A stretch of DNA of 64,000 bases from assembly GCA_032249235.1 (NCBI GenBank), contig JAVVGF010000001.1, positions 434,895 through 498,894 of the forward strand, written 5' to 3'. Source of the DNA: Thermoproteota archaeon (GTDB taxonomy: Archaea > Thermoproteota > Thermoprotei > Gearchaeales > Gearchaeaceae). Positions within the stretch are counted from its first letter, which is position 1, and the number at the start of each line of letters is the position of its first letter. The position numbers and the translations under genes are program-made. Shown one piece after another: positions 39,886 to 49,602 of the stretch. The notes under the pieces are model-generated. The model searched no databases, was not told the DNA's origin, and saw nothing but the letters and a program-made list of their open reading frames with translations.

Positions 39886-41085
39886 TTGAATATTATTTCC
39901 AATATGAGCACTAAAATATCCTTTATGAAAGAAACACTTGAACAAATGGAAAGGGATTATCTGATATGGGAGGAATTTGTCCTAGAAGGTCCTTCTGAAA
40001 CATGGACAATAGTAAATGGAAAACGCGTTCTAGTAATGTGCTCAAACAATTACTTAGGTCTTGCAAATCATCCTAGACTGAAGAAGGCTGCGATAGAAGC
40101 AATAGAAAAATATGGTGCTGGTTCTGGTTCAGTTAGACCTATTGCTGGAACGATGAAGATTCATCTAGAATTAGAGCAAGAAATGGCTAAATATAAAAGA
40201 AAAGAAGCTTCTATAACATTTCAATCTGGCTTCGCAGCAAACATGGGATCAATTCCTCAACTGGTAGATCAAGGCGATTTAATAATAAGCGATGAGCTTA
40301 ATCATGGTAGTATCATCGATGGTATAAGGCTTAGTAGGGCTGAAAAGCGAATATATGGTCATAGAGACGTTTCTAGTTTAGAAAAAATATTGGCTACGGA
40401 AGCGAAGAAATTTAGAAGAATTCTAGTAGTTACAGATGGCGTATTCAGCATGGATGGCGATATAGCTCCTTTGCCAGAGATAGTTAAACTTTGTGATGAA
40501 TATAATGCTTTACTTTATGTAGATGATGCACACGGTGATGGTGTTCTTGGAGAAAATGGAAGAGGTATTGCTAATCATTTCCATTTGGAAGATAAAGTAG
40601 ATATTGAAATGGGTACTTTTTCGAAAGCCTTTGGTTGTGTTGGAGGATATATCGTCGGTAGCAAATTATTATGCGATTATCTTAGAAATAAAGTTAGACC
40701 ATATTTATTAACTGGTTCTCAACCTCCTCCTGTAGCGGCTGCATGCCTTGAAGCAATAAAGATAGTTCAAGAAGATAGCTCGCTTTTCACAAAATTATGG
40801 GATAATACTAGGTACTTTAAAAAATCTCTTCAACAAATGGGTTTTGATATAGGTCAAAGCCAAACTCCTATAACGCCAATTATAATAGGCGAGAACAAAA
40901 CAACGAAAGAATTTAGTAAAATGCTTTTTAAAGAGGGAGTATTTGGAGTTCCAATTTATTATCCTATGGTTCCTAAAGGTAAAGCAAGGATAAGAACTAT
41001 CGTAACAGCTGTTCATACAAAGGAAGATTTGGATTTTGCGCTAAATACATTCGAAAAAGTAGGTAAGGCTTTGAAAGTAATATAA
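39886..41085 (+). CDS. kbl: Glycine C-acetyltransferase (2-amino-3-ketobutyrate CoA ligase)
   Basis: SNNYLGLA, SDELNHGS, DGVFSMDG, DDAHG, GTFSKA; likely start ATG 39904. Confidence 0.88.
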   Translation: MNIISNMSTKISFMKETLEQMERDYLIWEEFVLEGPSETWTIVNGKRVLVMCSNNYLGLANHPRLKKAAIEAIEKYGAGSGSVRPIAGTMKIHLELEQEMAKYKRKEASITFQSGFAANMGSIPQLVDQGDLIISDELNHGSIIDGIRLSRAEKRIYGHRDVSSLEKILATEAKKFRRILVVTDGVFSMDGDIAPLPEIVKLCDEYNALLYVDDAHGDGVLGENGRGIANHFHLEDKVDIEMGTFSKAFGCVGGYIVGSKLLCDYLRNKVRPYLLTGSQPPPVAAACLEAIKIVQEDSSLFTKLWDNTRYFKKSLQQMGFDIGQSQTPITPIIIGENKTTKEFSKMLFKEGVFGVPIYYPMVPKGKARIRTIVTAVHTKEDLDFALNTFEKVGKALKVI

Positions 41086-41123
41086 TTTTCAAGTTTTTTA
41101 AACTAAGACCGACATATAATTAT

Positions 41124-41462
41124 ATGCCTACACTAAATATTGGAACTATAATCGCAGGAGCTTATGCAGATAAAGTTAGGAGGACTTTATTTGCAATTAC
41201 CAAGAGCCTACAAGAGACAGGTCAATTAAAAAATGAAGATGTAGCATACGCTGCAGCAATGTTGAATCAAACTTTGTATAAGATAATTGTGGAGAAATTA
41301 AAATGTGATAAAGGAGACGTTGTTAGAATAGTTATTGATTTCGATGTAAAAGATGGTAAAATAGAATGGCGATATGATACTTTAAAAATCGAATGGTACG
41401 TTAAAAAAGATCAATCAATTGTAGATCAAGCAGTAAAAGAAGTTTTAGAAACAATAAAATAA
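41124..41462 (+). CDS. ThermoDBP-related ssDNA-binding family protein (DUF2258)
   Basis: GTIIAGAYADKVRRTLFA...KGDVVRIVIDF...IEWRYDTLKIE. Confidence 0.8.
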   Translation: MPTLNIGTIIAGAYADKVRRTLFAITKSLQETGQLKNEDVAYAAAMLNQTLYKIIVEKLKCDKGDVVRIVIDFDVKDGKIEWRYDTLKIEWYVKKDQSIVDQAVKEVLETIK

Positions 41463-41486
41463 AAAAATAAAATTATTTCTTTTATT

Positions 41487-41636
41487 TTACTTCTTTAATT
41501 TACCTATTCTGAATACTGTTCCTCCGCAGATTGGACAAGTACCTTTTACAGCAGGTCTGCCGTTCTTTAATGTTACTTCGACTGGGTTCTTTATTTCTAC
41601 TACTTTCTTATCCTTTACACAGTAGGCGGTTACCAT
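41487..41636 (-). CDS. 49-aa basic zinc-ribbon-like protein (DUF5679-like), absent from the ORF track
   Basis: Hand translation MVTAYCVKDKKVVEIKNPVEVTLKNGRPAVKGTCPICGGTVFRIGKLKK*; upstream AAAAAC-TTTATATA promoter. Confidence 0.85.
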   Translation of the reverse strand: MVTAYCVKDKKVVEIKNPVEVTLKNGRPAVKGTCPICGGTVFRIGKLKK

Positions 41637-41668
41637 GGCTTTTCTGAAATTAATTACCCTTGGATTAA

Positions 41669-41682
41669 TATATAAAGTTTTT
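41669..41682 (-). promoter_or_regulatory. BRE plus TATA box of the 49-aa ORF
   Basis: Minus strand AAAAAC-TTTATATA, about 33 nt upstream of ATG 41636. Confidence 0.6.
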
Positions 41683-41781
41683 GCTGTTTATTGCAAAAAT
41701 TACGAATAGGAATTTATGCATAAAAAACAAAAATGAAAAAGAAAAATTTAAATACTAATTGTTCAATAACCTATATAATGT

Positions 41782-44580
41782 TCATCTTGAACTGAAATAT
41801 TCAAAAACTTTCTTCAATTTTTCTGTTTCAGCCTTTATTAAAGAGATATAAAATTCATCACTCTCTTCACTGTACTTGTTTAATAGTTTAAGAATATCTT
41901 TAAAGCTTGCATTCGAAGCGAAAGCTAGAATAGCGAGCAATTTTTTCTTTGATATTTCGTTAGCAATTCTTTCCCATTTCTTCTTCAATAGTAGTACTTT
42001 TCTATTCTTGCTTCCTGAGACTAACAATCTTAAGTATCTCAATACTTTTTGTTGTGGTAATTTAGAAATAGCAAGCTTACTAGATCCACAAAGTGGGCAT
42101 TTCAATTCTTGAATGTTCAAAACTATCTTAGTATCCACGTATTCAAGGCAATCAATGCAAAAGATGGTTATCATCTTACTATACAGTCGAGTTTTGAATG
42201 CTTCTAAGACAAATTTAGATGGATCTTTGCTAGCTGGAATAGCTGATTCATGAACTAAATATTTCAAAGCTTCCTTAGTAACGTTGCTCAATCTTTCTGA
42301 AATTCTAACTCCAATTTCTTTTTTAGCTAATTTCCTTGCAATCTCTTTAACGCCTACGATATCTAAGTCTTTATCAAAAAGTTCTTTAAGTGCTTCATCA
42401 TAAACTGGAGTTCCCTTATATTGTCTAGCAAGTTCTATTAGTAGTTTTTTATCTATTGATGCATTTTTTCTTATAATTCCAAATCTTTTTGCTACATGTA
42501 GAAATCTAAATCTAAACAAACTATCGTTTTCATTAAAAATATTATTCATTAAATTATCTATATCCATATACGGTAATATTAACAATATATCTTTAATATC
42601 TTTTACATTAATTTCATTGCTTATTATAAAAACACGATATGCATCGTTATATATTCTGAAATTCCTTTTATACTTATCAGAAATAAGATAAGATAATATC
42701 TTTGCGAGTGCTTTATTAATTTTAGTACCGTAGCAAGAATTCAATATTATTGCTTCACTTGAATTCTCAATAAGGAATTCATTGAAATCTGCTATAGGAA
42801 TGTTATTTATACGATCTTCTTGCAAGATTTTTAATATTCGATGTTGTTCATCTGTATCTATTAGTGTATCATCAAGCAAATTTTTACCTTCATAAAGCTG
42901 CTTTCTCAAATACGATGCGTTATTTGCTATTTCTTTTTCAACAGGTATTTCTTCACCTACCCATGTTGGAACTATTCCAATCATATTTTCTGCTTTTTTA
43001 CAAAATAGTCTCTTTTTTTCTTCATCGATTTTAATAATTTCCCATGCTTCCCCTTTTAATATAAATTTAGTACCTTCTTCACCGTATTCAGCGATGAAAT
43101 CTTCATCAAGGACCCCAATAAATTCATTGTTATCAATATTGTATACTCCATACTGAACTTGATCAGGTATCATGCTTAAGTTTTCAAAATAATAAAGGTA
43201 TGTGCCAGTAGCTTTTTGCAAAGTATCGACTTTTCTAAACAATATTCTTGGCTTCAAGTTTTCAAGAAATTCGATCAATCTCTCCAATTCTTCTCTCGTT
43301 AAATTCCTATAAGGATAAGCTCTTTTGACAAGCTCTAAAACATCTTCTATTTTAAGGCTACCGTATTCAAGTAGCAAACCTGTAATCTGATGGGCCAGTA
43401 CATCCATAGGCTTTTCAGGAATATTAATTTTTTCAAACTCTTGCTTTATCGCTTTCTCAGCTATAGCATATGATTCAAGAAAAGTATCAATCGTTGTTGC
43501 GATTATTAACCCTTCTGCAATGCCTTTGAAATAATGTCCACTTCTACCTACTCTTTGAACTAATCTTGTTGCTTGTCTTGGTGAATTGTATTGGATTACA
43601 TAATCGATACTACCTATATCAATACCTAGCTCTAAAGAAGAAGTGCAAACAATTCCATTTATTTCACCAGCTTTTAATGAAGCTTCTGCATCTAATCTTG
43701 CTTCTTTCGATAATGAGCTATGATGAACAAATACGTTTAAACCGAGCAATCTTAGTCTGCTTGCAAGTATTTCTGCTTCGCTTCTTGTATTCGTAAATAT
43801 AAGCGTAGATCTTTTTGATTTGAGCACTTCTTCAATCTTTTTTAGTCTAGCAAAGACTTCGGGATACGTTAAAATCTTTTCAGCTAATTCTTCATGTAGC
43901 TTATTAGGTTGAGGATAGGATATTTTGAATTTCATCAGTCTTTCTTCGTATGCTAAAATGATTTCACAATTTCTTCCTTTACCTACAAGAAATTCAGCTA
44001 GTTTTTCAGGTTCTCCTATCGTTGCAGATAATCCGATTAGCTGGAATTCTCCAGTCAGGAGCCTTAGCCTTTCTAAAGCTACGGCAAGTTGGGTTCCTCT
44101 TTTGCTTTCAGCCAATTCATGAATTTCATCTACTATTACATGCTTCAAAGTTCTGAGTTGTTCTCTTATGTTTTTGCTTACAAGAAGTATTTGAAGTGTT
44201 TCAGGTGTAGTTATTAGTAAATCAGGTGGCATCAATGATTGCTTTCTTCTCTCACTTGCAGGCGTATCTCCATGTCTTATACCGACTTTAAGATTTAATT
44301 TACCGCACCAAATTGCGATCCTATCGAGTAAATTCCTATTAAGTGATCTTAAAGGAGTTATATAGAGAACCTTTATTCCTTTACTTTTATCATTTTTTAT
44401 CATATCTAGAACTGGAAGAAGTGCAGCTTCCGTCTTACCTGTTCCCGTAGGAGAAATTAAAAGGACGTTTTTCTTGCTCAATATTACTGGAATTGCTTTT
44501 CTTTGAGGTTCAGTCTCTTCCTTATAGCCTAATTCATTCAACAATGCTTGCAACTCTTTAGAGAGCAATTTAAAACTCAT
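41782..44580 (-). CDS. lhr: Lhr-family SF2 helicase with C-terminal Cys4 motif
   Basis: SPTGTGKT, TTPETL, DEIH, SAT, SSLELGID, QRVGRSGH, SMIPD, WVGE; C-terminal CIDC...CPLC. Confidence 0.92.
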   Translation of the reverse strand: MSFKLLSKELQALLNELGYKEETEPQRKAIPVILSKKNVLLISPTGTGKTEAALLPVLDMIKNDKSKGIKVLYITPLRSLNRNLLDRIAIWCGKLNLKVGIRHGDTPASERRKQSLMPPDLLITTPETLQILLVSKNIREQLRTLKHVIVDEIHELAESKRGTQLAVALERLRLLTGEFQLIGLSATIGEPEKLAEFLVGKGRNCEIILAYEERLMKFKISYPQPNKLHEELAEKILTYPEVFARLKKIEEVLKSKRSTLIFTNTRSEAEILASRLRLLGLNVFVHHSSLSKEARLDAEASLKAGEINGIVCTSSLELGIDIGSIDYVIQYNSPRQATRLVQRVGRSGHYFKGIAEGLIIATTIDTFLESYAIAEKAIKQEFEKINIPEKPMDVLAHQITGLLLEYGSLKIEDVLELVKRAYPYRNLTREELERLIEFLENLKPRILFRKVDTLQKATGTYLYYFENLSMIPDQVQYGVYNIDNNEFIGVLDEDFIAEYGEEGTKFILKGEAWEIIKIDEEKKRLFCKKAENMIGIVPTWVGEEIPVEKEIANNASYLRKQLYEGKNLLDDTLIDTDEQHRILKILQEDRINNIPIADFNEFLIENSSEAIILNSCYGTKINKALAKILSYLISDKYKRNFRIYNDAYRVFIISNEINVKDIKDILLILPYMDIDNLMNNIFNENDSLFRFRFLHVAKRFGIIRKNASIDKKLLIELARQYKGTPVYDEALKELFDKDLDIVGVKEIARKLAKKEIGVRISERLSNVTKEALKYLVHESAIPASKDPSKFVLEAFKTRLYSKMITIFCIDCLEYVDTKIVLNIQELKCPLCGSSKLAISKLPQQKVLRYLRLLVSGSKNRKVLLLKKKWERIANEISKKKLLAILAFASNASFKDILKLLNKYSEESDEFYISLIKAETEKLKKVFEYFSSR

Positions 44581-44925
44581 GATTAATCAAAAGAAGTTTA
44601 GGAATAGAGGTCTCGCTCAGCCCAAAATATTTTTCTTCAGTAATGTTTGAAGACACTCTATTTCTTGATTCATAAATATCTATCTAGAATTAATACTTAA
44701 TTCAGTTCGATTCTTAGAAATTATTTTTGTTAGCTCGGATTAAAGAAGATTGCCTTGAAAAAATAAGGTCTTCGTATTTATTGAAAGCCCATGTATTTTC
44801 CTTTTTGCTTTTATTGCATGCTCGCTTAAAAACAGGATATCTTACAAAGGATTTTATAATTTAATGTATCAGAGATCAAGGTAGCTAAGCCTTGGATAGA
44901 TGCTAAGAAATATCAAGCTGATAGA

Positions 44926-45348
44926 TTGAGAGAGGCAAGATATGAGGCAGAATTGGCCGAACGTTTCCTAAACGATGGTCTTTTGAGAAATGCTGCAGCT
45001 AAAGCTTATCAGGCTGTGAAAGCTTTCATTGCAGGAATTTCAGTAGATTATAGAGAAGCCCTTTCAAAATACTATCCGGGTAAAAGAAGAATTTCTCCTA
45101 CAAAAGTTGTTGAAAAAGTAGATTGGATTATAGCAGTTATGTCTAGTACTCGCTTAAAAGAAATAGTATCAATTATAGGCGATGAAAAGCTTAGGTTCAT
45201 CACTGAAATAGCTTTAGACTTCCATGAATTTCAATATAATGGCTTTGATATCGATAATGAGATTTCTAGATATTCGAGAGAAGAATTCGTGAAGAAAGAT
45301 ATTCAGCTAATTGTTGAATTCATTAAAAGCAAGGTATCTGAAATTTAA
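44926..45348 (+). CDS. PaREP1 (HEPN-like) family protein
   Basis: EAELAERFLNDGLLRNAAAKAYQAVKA...DFHEFQYNG; conserved-looking KPW upstream in frame, so the true start is unclear. Confidence 0.8.
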   Translation: MREARYEAELAERFLNDGLLRNAAAKAYQAVKAFIAGISVDYREALSKYYPGKRRISPTKVVEKVDWIIAVMSSTRLKEIVSIIGDEKLRFITEIALDFHEFQYNGFDIDNEISRYSREEFVKKDIQLIVEFIKSKVSEI

Positions 45349-45455
45349 TGATATCTCTCATGATTGAACTAAAATTAAGAGATTATTCTTTTGCTTTACA
45401 TGGATCTTTTTACAAAAAGAACGACTTCTAATCTTATTTATTTTTGCTAAAAAAC

Positions 45456-47639
45456 TCATTTGTAATATAAATTCAGAAAATTCAATAAACTTCTCAGCGC
45501 ATTCGCTATAGCTATCAAAAAGATATAAGGTGCCACATCTATAGCAACGGTATTGCCCATATATGAGATGTAATAAAGGCCGAATTCTCCATAAATAGCT
45601 CTTCCTATTATGAAGAATATGAAAAGCGTAACTAAAAATGATGAAAGTGCTTCGAAAATTAGTGAGAATTTTTTAATTAATCGAAGAGATTTCACGATTA
45701 CAATAGGAAGACCAAAAAGTAATAGGTCATTAAATTGGTAAAAAACAATGTTTTTTTGTAAAAATATTATGGATAAAAACCAAACAGCATAATAAGGCAA
45801 AATGATATAAAAGAAGAAAGCCAGTGCGCTATCTAAAATTGTTTTAATTTTACTAATTCCAATTTCTTTTCTTTTCCTTGCAATTAATATGAAAGGTATA
45901 ATGAGGAAAAGTGCTAATGGAACGAGCACAATCTCGTTGGGTACGAAGAATACCAAGACTGTATCTTTATTTAAGTAAATGTTTTCTTTCTGGGAATAAA
46001 ACGAAGATACCTTTACAGTGTAATTTCCTTGAGGCAATTCCAAAGTTAAGTTTGAACCATTGTATTCTTTTTCATTAACGTTTATTATGGCATTTTTTAA
46101 ATTGCCGAACCAATCAAAGACTATAATGTTTAAAGTGAAAATCTCTTTTGCTTGGAAGGTTATATTCTGGTTCGAATCTATATAAATATTTTTTGTATTA
46201 TTAATTATCATAATTTTTCTATCGAATATTTTTAAATAATTTGGTATGATTATGCTGTAATAACCTTTTTTCAGATATGCTGTGCCATTAATAATATTGT
46301 ATTGTATTGAGTTAATAACAACTTTTAAATTTGGAAATTGTATTTCTTCGTTATTTATTTTTACTTTAAAAAAGATTTTGTAAAATATTGAGTATTCTAC
46401 ATCTATTTTAGTATCATTTTCTAAAAATATCATCGCAGTCAAATTATTATAATTATTCTCATTGATTTTTATCTTTTCAATTTTTATAATATAATTGCTT
46501 TTATTCAAGTTGTCTTCGAAAGTCATATTATAATTCAGCTTGGGTATCGTTATGTTTATTGGAGTTTGAATTCGAATCCCGTTTATGAATACAGTAGCAT
46601 TGAATGGATTATCCTCTAAGTAGGCATTGATAGCTAAGTTTGCATACTCTTCTGATAAATTCTTTATAATTTTCCAAGCCGGCTTTAAAGATCCATCAAA
46701 AGCTATGAGACCGAAATTGGATTCAATATCGTTACCCTTTGCATAGTCCTTGTATTGATAAAAGATAACGTTCTTCGAGCCTCCAAATAATGCACCTACC
46801 AAAACATCTTTGATGAAATCAGCTTGGTTTTCGTAGGTATGTATTGAGTTATATGTTGAATAACCTGTTTCAGCAACTACTATCTCTTTGTTCCAATTCC
46901 TTACCTCTTGAATGTAATTATAAATTTCTAAGCCTTTTTTCGGGTCTCCTGCATTAGGAAAATAGTCATCTAAATAATTTGGATAATAATCTATACCTAT
47001 GATGTCATAATCTATGTCTTTAATACTGTTCAAAAAGTCTTTCCAATTAGGATTGTCTACGATTACGTTTATCATAATCTTACTTTGAGTATTCTCCCTT
47101 GCGATGCTAGATAAAGTACTTAATATCTTATGAATTTTATCTGTTGACCATTCGCCTTTTCTCCAACCAACCCATTTATAGAAATCTACATGGTTTAACT
47201 CGTTTTCTATTTGCCAAATATCTACTTGCTTTGAATACCTTTTAGTTACTGAATCTGTATATTGAGCCAAATAATTAATGTAATTAGGATCATCAACACC
47301 GTTAATAAGCCAATCTGGAAGCATATCTGTTGTACCCATTCCTAAAATCCCAACTATTTTTAATCCAAGCTCTTTAGCTTTCGTTACTAATTTATCATAA
47401 TAAGTGAAGTCAAAAGATTCTTTAAGTGGTTCTATGACTTTCCATACGAAACTAAATCTTATCTCGCTAAAGCCAGCTTCCTTTATCTTTATTAAATCAT
47501 CATCGATATTGTTAAGTGCGGAATATGGATAATAAATTCCTATTTCATATGGTTTCTGGTTTGTTGCAAAAACATAATTATGAGGAATAAGTATTCCGAA
47601 TAGAATGATAACGATTACAATGAAAAACTGTCTTTTCAT
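45456..47639 (-). CDS. Extracellular clan-A glycoside hydrolase with multi-TM C-terminal anchor
   Basis: Signal peptide, W..IEP, WQIENE (acid/base), VAETGYST (nucleophile), NFGL; beta-rich stalk; about 4 C-terminal TM helices. Confidence 0.8.
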   Translation of the reverse strand: MKRQFFIVIVIILFGILIPHNYVFATNQKPYEIGIYYPYSALNNIDDDLIKIKEAGFSEIRFSFVWKVIEPLKESFDFTYYDKLVTKAKELGLKIVGILGMGTTDMLPDWLINGVDDPNYINYLAQYTDSVTKRYSKQVDIWQIENELNHVDFYKWVGWRKGEWSTDKIHKILSTLSSIARENTQSKIMINVIVDNPNWKDFLNSIKDIDYDIIGIDYYPNYLDDYFPNAGDPKKGLEIYNYIQEVRNWNKEIVVAETGYSTYNSIHTYENQADFIKDVLVGALFGGSKNVIFYQYKDYAKGNDIESNFGLIAFDGSLKPAWKIIKNLSEEYANLAINAYLEDNPFNATVFINGIRIQTPINITIPKLNYNMTFEDNLNKSNYIIKIEKIKINENNYNNLTAMIFLENDTKIDVEYSIFYKIFFKVKINNEEIQFPNLKVVINSIQYNIINGTAYLKKGYYSIIIPNYLKIFDRKIMIINNTKNIYIDSNQNITFQAKEIFTLNIIVFDWFGNLKNAIINVNEKEYNGSNLTLELPQGNYTVKVSSFYSQKENIYLNKDTVLVFFVPNEIVLVPLALFLIIPFILIARKRKEIGISKIKTILDSALAFFFYIILPYYAVWFLSIIFLQKNIVFYQFNDLLLFGLPIVIVKSLRLIKKFSLIFEALSSFLVTLFIFFIIGRAIYGEFGLYYISYMGNTVAIDVAPYIFLIAIANALRSLLNFLNLYYK

Positions 47640-48814
47640 GGTATTATAAATATTTGTGTTGCTACAGGTTGTTCTATTATTATAGGTTTCAAAAGATAAA
47701 GTTCTGCTCTAATTTTTGAATTATGGCTTAAGGTACCAATAAAAATATTTAAGTTATATTCATTATTTTGATTAGCAATAATTATTATATCTTTTTCGAC
47801 TAAAGCTAGAAGCTTATTAGTTTCTTGGTAGTAAATTTTTATTTGAAAGGTTATATTCAAATTACTGCTTAAATTACTTTTAACGTTAAATAATAAATTA
47901 ATTGATACAAGAGTTTTATTCGTAAATAAAATATTAATATTTTCTAAACTGATCGCTAAGGGTTTTTTCCAGAAATAATCAAATGTTGTTTCATAATCTA
48001 TATTCTTTGCTTTTATTTGATAAAAAAGTTTTAAATTAAAATCTTTAGAAATAAGAATAATGAAATTCTGTTTTGACATGATTAAATTAAAATAAGCCTT
48101 ATTTTCTCCTTCACTAAGTTTATCTATTATTGCATTGAAATCAAACATCTTAATATTGCTGTACATAGCATATCCGTTGATAAAGATGTTTTCAAGTGTA
48201 AGGTAACCTTTGAATAAAATGATAACCGGCATTCTGGCAAATATTTCATCGTTTATTATTCTTAGATTCTCCTTGGAAAAGATAAGTGGAAAATTTATCA
48301 AGATCTTGATCTCTTCAATTGGTAGAGTGAATGAAAACTTGTTGAAATAATTTAGTTTGAATCCAAATAAGGCTAAGGCATATCTGCCTTCGGAAGCTAT
48401 TTGAATTTTCACAGCCTTATCTTTCTTTATCACATCGATTATTCCAAGGTTAGACAATTCTCTAAGATTAAAGTTTATTTTTAAGGAACCGTTATAGGAG
48501 GAATGGGCTTTAATTATTATGTTTTCTAAAGGATAGCCTATGTGAGTTTGAGTGATTAGTAAATCATTCAAAGTGAGAATTGCAACAGAGATGCTAATAT
48601 CTTCTAAGTCATAAAAGCCGTTGTTTTTAACTGTGAAGTTCGTAAACAAAATCAAGGTATCATTAAGTAAATTAACTTTAACAGATTTTACAGAAGGAGG
48701 TTCAAGTTGAATCATGGATGCAGAAATAGGAATTGAGATAACAAAAATTGCCATAATTACAGCTATTAATATAGAGAAAATTTTGGTTATTACTAAAAGT
48801 ATTTTCTTCACCAA
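47636..48814 (-). CDS. N-terminally anchored beta-rich hypothetical protein (LEA-2-like N domain possible)
   Basis: One N-terminal TM, FTVKNNGFYDL motif; ATGA overlap with the glycoside hydrolase gene. Confidence 0.6.
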   Translation of the reverse strand: MVKKILLVITKIFSILIAVIMAIFVISIPISASMIQLEPPSVKSVKVNLLNDTLILFTNFTVKNNGFYDLEDISISVAILTLNDLLITQTHIGYPLENIIIKAHSSYNGSLKINFNLRELSNLGIIDVIKKDKAVKIQIASEGRYALALFGFKLNYFNKFSFTLPIEEIKILINFPLIFSKENLRIINDEIFARMPVIILFKGYLTLENIFINGYAMYSNIKMFDFNAIIDKLSEGENKAYFNLIMSKQNFIILISKDFNLKLFYQIKAKNIDYETTFDYFWKKPLAISLENINILFTNKTLVSINLLFNVKSNLSSNLNITFQIKIYYQETNKLLALVEKDIIIIANQNNEYNLNIFIGTLSHNSKIRAELYLLKPIIIEQPVATQIFIIP

Positions 48815-48825
48815 CTCTTTATTTC

Positions 48826-49536
48826 TTGTTAAATTTAAAAGTTATGTATTTAATTGAATGTATATCTTGTATGGATTTTGAAGATGTTTTCGGACTAAGA
48901 GTAAGGAGGAGAGGTAGAGAAGAACTAACGCATCTTCTGATTGCATGGATAAGCTTAGCTTTTGTATTTTCGATAGGATATTTTGTAAGGGCAGGTCCTA
49001 GAGCTTTCACTTTGTTTTTCGTTATAAGCCTAATTGCTGTGGGATCAGGTTTCATATTGCATGAATTAGCGCATAAATATACAGCAAGATATTTTGGTCA
49101 TTGGGCTGAATTCAGAATATCTCAACAAGGATTATTGCTAACATTTTTATTTTCAGCTTTAACTCTAGGTCAAGTTGTTTTCGCTGCTCCTGGAGCAACA
49201 GTAATAATACCTGCTGGTGCAATTTTCGGTTATGGTTTAACAAGGAGAGAAAATGGCATCATATCTGCTGCAGGCCCTATTACAAATCTTTTATTAGCTT
49301 TAGTTTTCTTTTTGGCTTCAAACCTTTACACTTTCATTCCTGTATCATTTCAGAATTTCTACGCAATATTATGCTCATACGGAATTTTTATAAATGTTTG
49401 GCTTGCAGCTTTTAATCTCTTACCTATCTGGGTTTTGGATGGTAAGAAAATCTTCGATTGGGATATAAGAATTTGGGCTCTTCTCGCAATTCCTTCATGG
49501 TCAATTTCAATTTTAATTATCTCAGGTTTAATCTAA
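48826..49536 (+). CDS. Site-2 protease (M50) family metalloprotease
   Basis: HELAH, AAGP..N, FNLLP...LDG; likely start ATG 48871. Confidence 0.9.
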   Translation: MLNLKVMYLIECISCMDFEDVFGLRVRRRGREELTHLLIAWISLAFVFSIGYFVRAGPRAFTLFFVISLIAVGSGFILHELAHKYTARYFGHWAEFRISQQGLLLTFLFSALTLGQVVFAAPGATVIIPAGAIFGYGLTRRENGIISAAGPITNLLLALVFFLASNLYTFIPVSFQNFYAILCSYGIFINVWLAAFNLLPIWVLDGKKIFDWDIRIWALLAIPSWSISILIISGLI

Positions 49537-49602
49537 TAAATTAAAAAAGAACATAATATTAAAAATTTTTATATTTAAAAAATTTCTCTACATTAATTCG
49601 GC

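Noticed and set aside
44581-44857. Long intergenic gap as a hidden gene or ncRNA
   Set aside because: The frames I checked are interrupted by stops within about 40 codons, and no GC-rich stem or box motifs are visible.
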